Shown here one piece after another: positions 48,501-61,943 of a stretch of 64,000 nucleotides of DNA. The notes under the pieces were generated by a model that saw nothing but the letters and a program-made list of their open reading frames with translations, was not told the origin of the DNA and did not search any database. Position 1 is the first letter of the stretch, and each line of letters opens with the position of its first letter. Origin of the DNA: Selaginella moellendorffii (Eukaryota > Plantae > Lycopodiophyta); NCBI RefSeq assembly GCF_000143415.4, contig NW_003314299.1, forward strand, positions 252,979 through 316,978. The letters are read 5' to 3'. A program made the translations under genes and the position numbers.

Positions 48501-49932
48501 ATAGCGTAAGCTGGAAGGCATGCGGTTAGAGTGTGGTGACCCAGATAATGATGGAGGTGTGGAAGCACCAGCAATGAGTTGTAGGACTTGACAACTATGA
48601 GGCAACTAAGCAAAAGGTGCAAAATAATTCATAAACTGGTAAAAGGCAACTACCTAAGACTTCATATTGGGATAAGGAAGTTCGATATACCCTTATAAGG
48701 GATAAATTGCTTTTGTTGCGACATAGTAAGTCAATGTCGAAAAGGGAATGCTCATTGTCAGAGAGGCCATCATTGGGACACCCAAATACTCTAGAACACC
48801 AGAAGGGGGTATTTGGTGTCATGAGGGCAATGGATAATGCCCAAGGGAGAAAGTCTCTAGCGAATCAAGGATAGGAGGTGCTATCCAAATGTCCAAGATT
48901 GTGGAGACAGGAGAAGTCCGTCTACCTGAATTGGACAAAGCCAAAGAGGAATTTTGGCAAGGCTAGTAATGGGCATATAAAGGCCCATAAGTAGCAATGG
49001 TGATCCTAGTGTGTGGGATTACAAGGTGAGCAAACCTGGATTGAGGAACCACTCCCTAGGCTGTCAGGTAGGTTCATCCCTATGAATACTTGCCAAGGCA
49101 TGGTAGGAAATGCAAAGCTATCTTCCTAGTCTGGAGGAGAATAACCGAAGGAAATGTATGAGGCCAAAAGGCAAATAGTATAGGGATAGAACTGAACCAT
49201 ATGCATTGACAGATATGACCAAGGGTGATTATGCAAGTTGGGAGTGGAGAATCAAGTGTGTGCTTAAGCATGTTGCTACTAGCAACCGAGATGCCATGGA
49301 GAGTCTAAAGCATGGGATTGTCCATGTTAGACTATATGGTAATTGGCAACCTTGCGAAAGGAGAGGCCTTAGCAAGCCAAGGAACAGAGTTCCTTGAACG
49401 TTCCCCTAGGTAGATAAGTACCTAGTCAACCAAGTGTAAATGGTTCATAGAACGTGCGAAATCAGAGTGGCGCAACAGAAGCGTGGTCTTGAAGCTTGCC
49501 ATGAGGTGAGGCTATCAAGATTGAGGAAGTAGTTCCTGAGTGTTCAAAGAGAGGGTTTTGAACGAAAGTCGATGGTTAAAGACTTTCACGCTTATGCATG
49601 AACCATGTTACGGTGGCCAAATGATTTGCTAAGTGAGATTGGCAAGTTGAGGGAACAAATCCCCTAGTTGAAGGTGCTAACTTCAAAAGGGGTGGCCTAT
49701 GGGGCCGAGCATGGAGGAGTCCATGCATGATCACAAACTTGTCAAGCGAGAGGACTTGGCAGTGCGGAGGAACTAGGTTCCTAAGCTGTGATCTATAGCA
49801 CGTTTTAAGTACATGTTGGTGCTCCGGCATGGGGAGTCATGCCAGGCATCCTGTGCGATGCCATCCGTAGATGCATATACGGAGGTTGGGTTTGAGTCCC
49901 AACCCTCTAGTGCTTGGGTTCGAGTCCCAAAC
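45515..49932 (+). mobile_element. Family B LTR element: 5' LTR 45515-47364, PBS, truncated non-coding internal region
   Basis: TGTGAGACAC..GTCGCTTACA, PBS TGGTATCGGAGC 47368-47379. Internal region homologous to 17479-19120. No 3' LTR. Confidence 0.88.
45742..46370 (+). repeat. LTR-internal arrays of GAGATGGA(G)TCC 11/12-mers, then (GAGACC)n and (GAGTCC)n
   Basis: Directly visible. Counterparts at 16020-16408 and 20830-21150. Confidence 0.9.
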
Positions 49933-50859
49933 CTGGGCTCTAAGCCCAAGCTCCATTCCATGCTAGTTGGTGGAGTACCCATGTCCTCGCGTTAGGCCAC
50001 CGGTATGCCGAAATAGCGCCAGACTCCGTTTCGCTCCGTTTTGCATGCTGGTCCTGGCATTGGGACGCTGATTACTCTAGGATTGTTCCAAGTCGCTCCG
50101 GGCTCCTGTCCCTTTGCTCCTTGGGCTTTATGCTTGGGAGTTGCTCCGTGGTTCGGTTCCATCACTCTTTGGCTTTATGCTTGGGAGTTTGGCACCGTTC
50201 CTTCATTTAGTGGCCAAGGCCCTGAACCTCGGGTTCCTATGGACAATGGCATGGACACGTGGCATGTGACATGTGGCATCTGTCACGTGGCACAAAGAGG
50301 GTTTAGGTTCCGCTTCGTGGTGTTATCCTATGGTAAATCACCATAGGATAAAGGGTCAAAACCACGTGCGCTATCATTTGGTATCAGATCTAGTATCATT
50401 TAGTAAGGATCCCTAGGGGGGGAGAGTGTCGCGAATGTGACTTCGGGTATCGAAAGTTACTTGTCGACTAGTCCTTACAGACACTCTTACCTTACTGCCA
50501 CGATGGCAGGAGGTCGGTATTGTTGGTTCCCTTTATTAGCCCCTCTTGTTCAAGTGTTAGTAAACTGGACGTTGCATCTGTACTTGGCCGGATGAGCATA
50601 AGGAAGGAATTCCTAAGTGTCTATTTAGTTGAGCATACTTGGCCTGGCTTATTAGTTCTCTTTTGCTTTGTCTTGCACTGGCTTGACAAGAACCCTCACG
50701 TACTGAGATTGGTCCCTCAATATCGCTACATGATAGCTTACCGTGTCTGCCAAACACCCTTGCTATCATGCCCTTTGTGTTAGTCTCATTTCGGTCTCAA
50801 ATGCTATTTATGGAAAGTGTCCAGATTTGCTCATTTGGCATATCTGCGGAATGTAGAGA
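49933..50859 (+). mobile_element. Family C LTR end - PBS - 26 bp - PPT - LTR start (TRIM-like minimal derivative, both LTRs truncated)
   Basis: LTR end ..CACGTGCGCTATCA at 50376, PBS TGGTATCAGA 50379-50388, PPT AGGGGGGGAGAG 50415-50426, LTR start TGTCGCGAAT at 50427. Confidence 0.75.
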
Positions 50860-53800
50860 GTCGTAATTATCAGTGAATAAATCTTAGATTAGAACACAAA
50901 AGTATTCCAAGTAAGTTATCATCCGATAAACCAGTATTATAGTAGATAGGAACCACCAAGATCATCATAATTGGTAAACATAGGTTTCACCATCAAACAA
51001 AATTCAATAGCATGTATATCATCAAGTAAACTCAACGATAAAGTTTAACTATTAAAGATTGCAGATAGAATGCCAAACAACTTACAAAAGATAACTCAAA
51101 GAACACAAAGTATCATTGACTGACAAGCACAATGCTCACGAATGTATCACCCGAAGGAAATAACATCCCAATCTATCAAAACTAACTCGAGCAATAATCA
51201 ACAGAACATAATGAATGCAGTAAGACCAACAAACACTCACTCCTGCCAACTATTACAAAAGCCAATCTGAATAGATCCCAGCCAACAATACCAAGGAACT
51301 CAAGTTGCCTAAACAAGTGTCAGCAACATCCTACTGACGTCTCAAACCCAAGAAACCAATCCAGAACAAATCACAAAGAACATGTGATATTGCAAAAAGC
51401 CACAAGCCATCAAAGAGAACAACTAACCATCATGAAAGATTATTGATCATCCTATCAAAAAGATATATGCAGAATCATCGTCCAAGAAGGAATCCACCAT
51501 CCCGAAGAATAGCAAATCATTCTAGAGCAATGATAATCAAGCAAAACCTTCAACAAGGATAATCAACTATCGTAAATGACAATCAATCATCATCAATGAT
51601 TGCTAGATGCAAAAGCCAACTTCAATATTGAAGCTAAGAGCCAAAATGCCTTCCCCAATAACTTCTAACAAATGGAACAATGAGCACAAAACTCAAGGGA
51701 CCAAAAGCTCGAAGAAGTCTATAGCCAAGTCATGCCTAACAATGGTCACAAGTCTCGCACGAACTAACTTCAATGCTAAAGAAGAAATCATGGTATAACC
51801 CACAACATCCTCCTCAACATATCCATAAGTTAAACTTTATAATGCAAAGCTAATGAAGAGCATGTTTGCATCAATCCAAAAGCCAAGCATAACAAAGTTA
51901 TGCTCAACAAGTGATCATCAAACGATCATCAAACGATCCTCCATGAATCCATCTATAGCAAAACGTAACTCACATCATAACAAGCACAAGAAGAATCATC
52001 AATGATCGATATATTCCAACTCAAATCCAATAAGGATTCAAATATTCCAATATCAATCACTAACTCTTCATCTCGTAAAGTTAGTGTTATCCATGACTAA
52101 ATCACTTTTCAAGGAAAAGCTGAAGCTCAACCCCTACTAAATAACCTCGTTTAGAACATAACTAACTCAAATTTGCCACTCAGTTTATTTGAACGTCAAC
52201 ATAGTTGCGAACTTAGCAAATGTACAAATGCCAATAACACAAAGCCATAGCCAAATCATCAACACTATCTTCATTAAGATTAATGAAACTCGACATCAAT
52301 CTTGCGGAGAGACATCTCATTTCACTGAAATCTCAACATCAACAATGTCAACGACAAGGCATCACTTTAGTGCCACCAACACTAGAACAAAGCTAGAAGA
52401 AAGCACGAGTGTATCACCACTCAAAGCTTTTTAGCAACCAAGCTAACCAAAGTCGGAGATACTTTACTCAGTATCCGAGACCAATCTCTCAACAATACTC
52501 AGTCACATATAACACTTCCTCAAGGAGTGAATCACCACGTCCAAGACTCCATGAAATCCAACACTATGAACTAAACGCAACCAAATGATAACGACAGAGA
52601 TAGAGTCAACATGCCAACATGGAAAGCCCATGTAAGTCTAACGACACGATCCTCCGCAACACCATCCGGTAAAGCAAGCCTATCACTACTAAATCATCAT
52701 CAAGTGAAGCAAGTGTCGATAATCCTCGACGAAGTCTACAAGCAATCATTAGTCACAAGGCAACCAACAATCACTCTTCAACTTGCCTTCACAAGACCCA
52801 AACACTAACTCTTGTCATCTAGTCATATATACTTATTCAACATGAACGTAATACCTCATGTACAGAATAAAAGTTCATGGACAAGCATAAACTAAATGAC
52901 CACTCGAATCTAAATAAACTGCAATAAGCTCACTTAATGCATTTAGTCAATAGCTCTAAGCATGCCTCGAAGAGGCTAGTTTCACATGATCAACACTAAG
53001 TCGAAACTAAAGTGAAGACCATGAGATGGACTCATATTGGTACACAACCTCCATTTAGACAAAGCTATAGTATGGGTACCAACATCTCAACTTCAAACAA
53101 CTAAGTTGGACATCACCATTCTCAGCCAAGGTGCAAAGCTACCAAGACCAAGTCAAGATCAGTGAGAGCTCACTACTCTCATAGAGTCTAACGAAATGCA
53201 AGGTGCAACCTGCCACCAAGCATAACGCTACAGAAGAAAGGCACAAGGGTCACCTTTCTAGAAAAGTGCAACGGCCACTTTTCTACACTAATTCTAGACT
53301 CTATCCAACTCAATTGCTTTAGCCTCAAAAGTTAGCATCCCTTTCGGGTTACATCATACAAACTACCTACTAAGGATCTAAGTCAACCAAAGTCAACTCC
53401 AACCCCTTCACTAGTTTGTACTGGCTTATAAAAATGGAATGGTTTTCGGGCAAAGTGATCAACAGATCAGCTATTGGAAAAGTCTAAGAAAATTTGTGGA
53501 AAATCTTTCCATCCCAGAGAAAGAATAACTCTCAGTACAGGAATACAAACTTTCAAGACTCAACCAACTTCCTCCTACAAACAACTTCACATAAGTTCAC
53601 CTCAACACAAATTCTCATGACCCATAGTATGCTTAAGCCTCGAACATCTTTTTGCCCATTCTTTCGACATCCAAATTTGACATCAGCAGAATGCAAAATG
53701 AACATCTAAAGCTTGATCACGAAGACCACATCTTCAGATATCTATATTGCACTAACACTCTTCTTCAATCATTTTCAAGATTCAATGTGAAGCCAAAACA

Positions 53801-55723
53801 CTAACAAGAAAAATGACATGAAAAATCAAGCTCTAAGGAAAATTCCTCATCACTCAAATCAACAATGCCACTTCCACTAACACAATTGCTAGCGATATCA
53901 ATGCCTCAGCCTCACACCTTCTCTATCCAACAATCTACTCCAAGTGTTAACGGAATAACCAACAAGTTATAGCAAGTGAATGCTATAACCCTTTCCAACA
54001 CTTTATGGGCAAACTCAAGGAAACAAGGAACCAACTTAAGCTTAGCATAATGGACCACCAACAAGAATCTAGTCAAAGCTACTACAATGTTACTTCGTGC
54101 AAGTAGACTAGCTTCACTATCAACCACTTTGGGGTTGATCATCCTTTAACCAAGCAACTTTGTAAACACATTGCTCATTATCACATGGATATGATATGGA
54201 AATCACAATGATTTGATCATCAATTGAGCAACACCACGAGTAATGTCTATGTCATTACTTCAAAGGTTTATGTGAGTATCAAATGCAAACTCGATTCGAC
54301 AAAATGCAACATAAATGCCACACTCCACCGATAGAGATTTACAACACTCAGCACCACTAACTTTTGTTCACAACATGGACAAACTCATGCCACTCTCTTT
54401 TTCGACCAAACTCAACACTAATCCAACACCAAGCTACTCAAGGAGCAATAGCAAGGTTCCTCAGAAAAGAATTGAGCATCGCAACCCCAGTCTTCCATAG
54501 CAAGCCTAGACAAAATGGTATAACATTTCACCACTATCCATCCCACAACTCACCATTTGTAAGACCATTATCTCCAACCTGCATCAAGGTAAGGACTTTT
54601 GATTGCATAATGTGAACACGAGCAATGAGTCACACCTCGTTGCAAATCATCTCTCCAAGAAGAGAAGATGATTTACGTGTTTGATCCTTCATCCCTAATG
54701 ACTCTCTTTTCGGTCTTATCTTTGACTAAACCTCAAGCTTGCTTTCGCACTACCTTTAGTCTAATCCAAGAAAAGTTTATAAGAGAGTACAGCAATAACT
54801 ACTTGAATCAATAGACTAATCCCTACAGTCTTAGTTGATCCACTTGTAATCATGCCTAGGAAGGATCTACTGGTGCCGTGCTAAACAGCTACGGACCAGC
54901 CTATTTGCCACTCATAGCAAACTCAGGGAAGTTTGCTTTCACCCACGGTACATGGAACAACTCATGGAACCACCGATAGACTAACATTAATCCCGCCAAC
55001 TCAAAGTGTAACCTCGAGTTGCTAATGTGCCTCACTCATGAGTCCAAGCTCTAACTCGTGCGAACGGAACAACTCAATCCCTTTTGTGAGCCCAAGCTCA
55101 AGCTCACATCATAAAGTACAATAAGGTAACCAAGATCCATACTCAAGGAACGATTGCGAAGTCTTAGCACCCAAACGTGTACCCACTCGAATCATCGTTT
55201 TCATCTCTGTGTATGCAACGAGACTAGTTGCCCAATCTCATTGAATAGTACTCGCTGAGAACCTCCCTTTGATACCAAATGTAGTGCACGTGGTTTTGAC
55301 CCTTTATCCTATGGTGATTTACCATAGGATAACACCACGAAGCGGAACTTAAACCCTCTTTGTGCCACGTGACAGATGCCACGTGTCACATGCCATGTGT
55401 CCATGCCACGTGTCCATAGGAACCCGAGGTTCAGGGCCTTGGCCACTGAACGAAGGAACGGTGCCAAACTCCCAAGCGTAAAGCCAAAGAGTGATGGAAC
55501 CGAACTACGGAGCAACTCCCAAGCATAAAGCCCAAGGAGCGAAGGGACAGGAGCCCGGAGCGACTTGGAACAATCCTAGAGTAATCAGCGTCCCAATGCC
55601 AGGACCAGCACGCAAAACGGAGCCAAACGGAATTTAGCGCTATTTCGGCATACCGGTGGCCTAATGCGAGGACATGGGTACTCCACCAACTAGCATGGAA
55701 TGGAGCTTGGGCTTAGACCCAAG
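50860..55723 (-). mobile_element. Second family C copy (minus): 5' LTR part 55280-55723, PBS ~55266-55277, non-coding internal region
   Basis: Minus strand reads ..CACGTGCACTACA TT TGGTATCAAAGG. The internal region is collinear with the plus-strand C pieces. Confidence 0.8.
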
Positions 55724-56384
55724 ATGCTCTATTTCGTTAAAGTGGGATTTATTCAGTAAAATGGGACTAGGTACAAATTTTCAAGTATTTGAAAATGACG
55801 TGAAATTATATGTTTTTTGTCCAAGGGCTAGACATATCTGGGGCATGGTGACTAGCGCGGTGACTTTATGTCCAGACTGAGTCCATCTGGTTGTATAATA
55901 AATCTCATTGTCAAGGTGAACAAGCCGAATCTGAAGCTAAAGAAGAGCGATGGCATGCGCACACACACTATTTGTTTGTTCATTGAGCGTGTGGTGAGCT
56001 TTCCAAGATGAACGTCATTCCTATTAGCCAGACATATAACTTAATGGTGAGAACATTTAGATATTATTCAATGTTATCTTTTTTCTAACGAATCTAATTG
56101 TGAAGGTGTAGCAAGAGGCATTGCTAGTCTGGAGAAGTCATTTAACTCATTTGACCCTTAGTGTATTTTCATGAAACTAAATAACATTCATATTATTAAG
56201 GAATTTCTCTAGTACCTTTTTTTTACAACATAGAGGCTTGCATTTCTTTCAAAGGTGATTTAGTAAAAGGCCTGAGGGCACATGCCATTCTATTTCTCAG
56301 ACCGGTATTAAGATATACTAGTGCAAAGGGAAAAAGGTATTTGGTGATCAAGTAAATGGCATGAGGGCACACGCCATTATAAGC

Positions 56385-56744
56385 CTAAGCGCTAGTGGAC
56401 ACCTCCTTTTTGGTACTCTCAGCGGTACTATCATCCTTCTCTGGGTCAATTGTTTTGCTTTGGATTATTGTCTCTGACATTACTGGGGCGTTCTCGATAG
56501 TTGTTAATGTTGCCGTTTGTTCAGAAAAATGATCACCTGGAGTATAGTACGGGGAGTTTGGAAGACTTATATATTCTACATCTTCACCTATCTCCTTCTC
56601 CGTCTCCTTTTCTGCCTCACTTACAGATTTTGTGCTTGCCATGAGAACGCTCTTCACCCTAAAATATGGAGTTCGTTGTGTTATAAAAGGAAACCAACAC
56701 ACACGCTGCAAAGGAATGATGGTACATAAAGCACGTAAGCCCAC
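56385..56744 (-). CDS. Small acidic ORF or exon of the transposon (copy 3)
   Basis: Near-identical to copies 1 and 2. Confidence 0.35.
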   Translation of the reverse strand: MGLRALCTIIPLQRVCWFPFITQRTPYFRVKSVLMASTKSVSEAEKETEKEIGEDVEYISLPNSPYYTPGDHFSEQTATLTTIENAPVMSETIIQSKTIDPEKDDSTAESTKKEVSTSA

Positions 56745-57283
56745 AATATGGGTTTATGTGCCATTAATATGGGCCACACGCCATATTATTAGATTTATGC
56801 ACGTGTGATTGGTAAATGCATATGTCACATCATCTTTGTTTTACCTCACACACTATATTAGGCCTAATGAACCATATCACATGTGCGCACATGCTATATA
56901 TATGGAGAAGTATCATGCAAGGATAGAAAAATTCAATGCATGATTGTGGAGAGCAATGGCATGAAGCCACGTGCTAAATAACATTTTAGAGAAAGAATTA
57001 AAATAAAAACATGCAAACAGTACTGAGTGGACCAAGACTTAGAAGTGCACAATTGAATGAGGTATTTCTAATAAATATTTCACTCACCTCATATAGGAAT
57101 GGCTACCACTCTCAAATGGCGTATCGCCTCATGCCATCACCTCGCAATTTGTTATAACAATCCGATGAATTTATATTCAGCTTGTTCACCTTGAACTTTT
57201 AAGTAAGATTTGCTAGAACAACTAAGAATTTATACTTGTTATTTGTATCATCTCACCTAGGAATGGCGTAAGGCCACATGCCA

Positions 57284-60200
57284 TCACGCCTCCTCTGATT
57301 CAGATTCGGATTGTTCACCTTGAAATAAAATACATTAGAAACTTAGTAAAGGAATATTAATGAATCTCACCTTGAACCCGGGTTATGAATGCTCTTGCTG
57401 CATCTCTTGCATGGTCTGGCAAGGTGATGGTGGCACTCTACTTCCGCATCCAACCATGCACAACATTATCCACCGATATGCTCATGCTGGGATCCCTTGG
57501 ATTCAGCACCCATCTCTTTTCTAGGCAATCCTTCGTATATCCGGAACTTGGCTTGAACCACTCCACAGTTACATTGAAGGAGTTAGTTTCTGCGTCCTCC
57601 TCTGCATCAGTGATGCAGCGCCCCACCCATATCATTTGTTTTTTATTACTGGGTCTGACAAGCACGACCATTCCTTTGCAGACCTGTACTGGATTGAATG
57701 CTGAATCCGGCTTCTTGTTCCTCGGCCCACAATAGTGATCCTCAACATCGTTATTTGTCACTGCATTTCCAGAGGACATTGTTCCGCTACTATCTGGTGC
57801 TCTGGGTTCTGGCCAAAAGGACTCTTCCAATTCTTCATATACAACCGGCCCATTTTGGATAGCAGATATAATCTTCTCCCAGTATTCGAGCAAAGGCTTG
57901 CACCTTTGAAAATAGGATTCTCCACCAAACACCAACCCCCTCTTCCAGAAGGCAATATGCTGTCTAATCCCGGCCACTATACTTTCCTGGTCTTTGAGTC
58001 CATCCGGGTGCATCGGCCGTGGGGAACCCTGAGGAATCATAGGTTCCCCAGTTATGGGATCTCTCTTGAAGAGTTCAATGCCGTCCACTGGCAGCCACAC
58101 TGTGTCCCATTCTCTCATCTTGTACCTCATCACTGGAGCACCGTCACACATTCTGAAATGAAACTGAAGAGGCTTGGAGTGGCCAATCAGCGTTTCGGAT
58201 CCGTCCCTGATGTAGCCTCTTACAAACCCCTTAAAGTCTGGAACCTCTGTCAGAAGTGCAGCTTCAACAGTGCCTTTGATGCAATTTTGGAATTCATCGT
58301 AGAGTTGTGGGAGGGTGAGGACATTGGATCGCCGGAGGGACTCTGCCAGGTGACTGAACATGGCATCGACGTCTTCATGAGTGTGCCCAACCATGAGAAA
58401 GCCAAGTGTAACCGTTTCAAATATGCCTTTGGCAACAAGCATCGCCAAGTACGCGAAGACGTACATGTTTTTGTTCTCACTGCCAGCATTGTCTGTTTGG
58501 AGCAGAAGATGGGGTGGAAGGCCACATTGGCCGCAAGAACTTCCTTGAGATTCTACTTCGTTTGGATGAGGCTGTGCATTCACCGGGCGACCAGCCTCGT
58601 TGGAATGGCATGAGGCCTCACGTGATAACCCTACAATCTGACGGCCAACATATTCACTGGGATGGCATGGGGCCCCACGCGATACTGCAAGCCTTTGCTC
58701 CTCCTCCAGCTGAACCCGGTATGGGGTTCGATCGACAAGGGCCTTATGCAAGGGTTGGCCGTTCAGCTCAGTCTGCGCACTTTGCAGAGACCTTAAGTGT
58801 TTTGCTAGGGACGCAATCATCATGTTTGCACCCCCGCCACCCCATAGAGGTACAAAGAAGTTCCCATAGTTCTGGGCACCATGCCCATAAGCGATTATGC
58901 CAAACAGAGACACAGGCAGCTACATGGATGAAGAGATTGCCTTGGGGGCAGGATTGAGTCGAAGTAAGCACGTCTTTTTCTGGTCCATTTTGTCGTGGAT
59001 GATGCAGAGGTAAGAGTCAGGTCTCTCCATGGAGAGAATCCTGTTATGATAATATGCAGTCCTGCAACTTCTCTGCTCGATGTTGTGGTCGAGCCGCCTT
59101 CTAACCAACGTCTCTCGCTCTTGAGCGCTGCAAGAATTCTTCGACAAAGCCATTTTGATAGCAGTGCACTCGTCACACTTTGAAAAGCTGGAGTACTTTC
59201 CTATACTCACATCCCTGAACCTGTTGCTCCACAATCTACTAAATCTAGATTGGCTCAACTTCCTGTAGCCATTACTCTGGAGTTCCCGATTCATATCTTC
59301 CAATATGGCCCCCTTGGTATACATGGAAGGGAGAACTCGTTGGGTGTCTCGTGTTCCATCTTCCAAGAGGCGGGTTTTATGTGGTTGCTGTTCGCTACAT
59401 GTCTCGACAAACCTCTTGAAGATTGCCTCTCCATATACAACATGACCCCTGGTTTTGTGCGTACCGTCGTTCCCATGGACTGCCTGTTGAACCCTTTGTT
59501 CCTCGAACTCAGTTTTGATTCTGTAGAATGTGGTTCGAGGGACTCCATAAATGATTCTCCATGCCTTCATGCAGACCAAACCCCTCTGGAAGACCATGCC
59601 CCCCACCTGATGTTCTGAAGCATCAACAGATGACCGTAATGCCTCATACACAAAATTGCGAGCTGCCTTCCAGGACAATGTCTTGTATCTTGCTCTCTCC
59701 TCTTCAATAGCATCCCAATCAGCATGTTGACAGCACCTCCTCTTGCAACAAGCAACTGTCGAGACCATTCGAACCTCCATCGCCATTTTCTGCCTTTTCG
59801 GTTCGTTGCTCAGATCCCTTTGGCTGCACTTTAGGAAGGTGTACTTTCTTTTCCCATGAAGAGATGTTCTGTCATCAGTTGTAGTGGTGTTTGATTGTGA
59901 ATCCTTCACATTCTCAAACACTAAGTGCCTCAATTTCCACCGCACAATGCTTCCAATAGTTAGACTGTTTTCTTCTGTGTCAACAACCTCTAAAATCGCA
60001 ACTCCAATATCATCCCAGCCCAATTCTTGATTAGCAACCGCATCTTTTGGATCGACAACTATGGCTAAGCCCTCAGCTACCACCTCCCCCTCGCGGTTGT
60101 TTAGAAACACTTTTGCCTAAATCCATGTAGCACGGTTCTTAAGATCCACGGAGGGAACATGCGTCGCACTTGCGCTGTCCCCAACATCTGCTTTCTTCTG

Positions 60201-60425
60201 AAGAATTTTCAAGACAACAACAACATTTACCCCGACGACCATCTCTCCTCGTTCAATAGCGACCACATTCCCATCGAAGACAGTCTCTACTGATACAGCA
60301 GCATTGCCTTCCCCAAGCCTTTGACAGTGTATAACAAAGTTCCGATCCATAGACACAAGGGTCCCTTTTGCAACTCTCTTCCCACCATTCAAAATGTAAA
60401 CCTTTTCCCCAACCCTGAAGGCCAT
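57284..60425 (-). pseudogene. Sola1-like transposase, copy 3 (three TAG stops)
   Basis: ORFs 60117-60425, 58920-60110 and 57438-58913 lie in one frame. The stops are CAG in other copies. Confidence 0.88.
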
Positions 60426-60613
60426 TCTGAAAGTGCGGAAAAGAAGTTAAGACCATACAAAAAATGATTGAAAAATGGCCTAAATCATAACATACCAAAC
60501 AACCTCAATAGCATGAGGCCACATGCCATTATTCAAACATGCTATTGACACCCACGTGAAATTTCGCATTCACAAAATTGGCATGAGCCCTCATGCCATT
60601 AGTGGTACCACTA

Positions 60614-60796
60614 ATGGCATGAAGCCTCACACTATCTTTGGCCCCTGCTAGCCTGTTGCTATATTCCTTTTGCCTTGCTGCAACTGTATATATTTTTGTG
60701 TGCGTGACTAGTCACCCATACAAAAATATATACAGTTCAAAAGGAATATGGCAATATGCTAGCAGGGGCCAAAGATGGCATGAGGCCTCATGCCAT
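60614..60796. other. 183-bp near-perfect loopless hairpin centred on GTGACTAGTCAC
   Basis: Left arm atggcatg..ctttggcccctgctagc..atattccttttg..aactgtatatatttttgt pairs with acaaaaatatatacagtt caaaaggaatat..gctagcaggggccaaag..catgccat. One 9-nt bulge. Confidence 0.9.
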
Positions 60797-61917
60797 CTTG
60801 ATATACACACAGCTGCAGGCAAGTAAAAACATACATGACAATACGCTAGTCATGAAATTGCAAGGGCCCAAGATGGCATGTGGCCTCATGCCATTTCTAA
60901 ATGTGGTCCTAAGCCATTCCATGGTGAACATACCAGGAAGCACAAGTGCCGAATATCAAGAGGAAGCGGTAGCCACACCAAAGACAGTGCCGCTCGCAAC
61001 ACCGAAACTACTCGTAGCACCGCTCGCAACACCGCAACTGCTCGTAGCGCCGCTCGCACAAACTGCCACTCGCATAAACTGCCGCTCGCAATGGCGCTCG
61101 CAATGCCGCAACCGCTTGTAGACGCATAAACCACAGCTCACAACGCCACTTACACAAGCAGCGCTCACTGCGCTCAGCAGAACCAAGAACACGGCGCACA
61201 AAAATGATAGACCTAGGAATGAGTTCGAGAATTCAAAAATAACACACGCTTGAATGTCACATCAAATCCTCTAACAAACCAGATCTTATGACTCCTCTGA
61301 CAAATTTCAAACTGAGTAGCTTCTAGACTTTGCTGTCGGAGGTTGAACTTTGTCACATCATGTCCTTGCCTCGATCCAGCTGTGCCATGTCAATGATTCG
61401 AACTTTGCCATGCTATGTCAGCGATCCGCGCCAAGATTATTCGCCGTGTAAAAAAATAATTATGCTGTGTGTGTACGTCCATTTATGGCAATATAAGGCC
61501 ACACGCCATTCAAAGAATAATGCTAGTCGAGCATTTTTTGGTGCATTTTTGGGTTCAAAATTGCATGAGCCCACACGCTATAAAGTTTATCTGTACCAAA
61601 AATAGAAACAGCTTTATTTACTTGGGAATTTAAGTGGTTGAGGCATTTTTAAACTTACAAACACATGCCCCACTTACATTCCTTTGGTTGCTTAAAATTC
61701 AAAAATATTATAAACCTTTCTTTTTGCATTTTCAATGTTTTCAATTATGGTTTTTGATTTTCGCAGGACCAGCCTAGTAATCTATTTGCATCCCGTCATG
61801 TTTATAGCTAGCTTTCGTTTGTCCCCTTCGCTAGCCTGAGATACATCTGCTCGGCATCTGCCTCTTACAACATTTGCCCAGAAAGGGCATCTTTCTTCAC
61901 GCAGCATTTGCCACATG

Positions 61918-61943
61918 TTTAGGGTTTAGGGTTTAGGGTTTAG
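61918..61943 (+). repeat. Interstitial (TTTAGGG)n, copy 3
   Basis: Directly visible. Confidence 0.9.
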
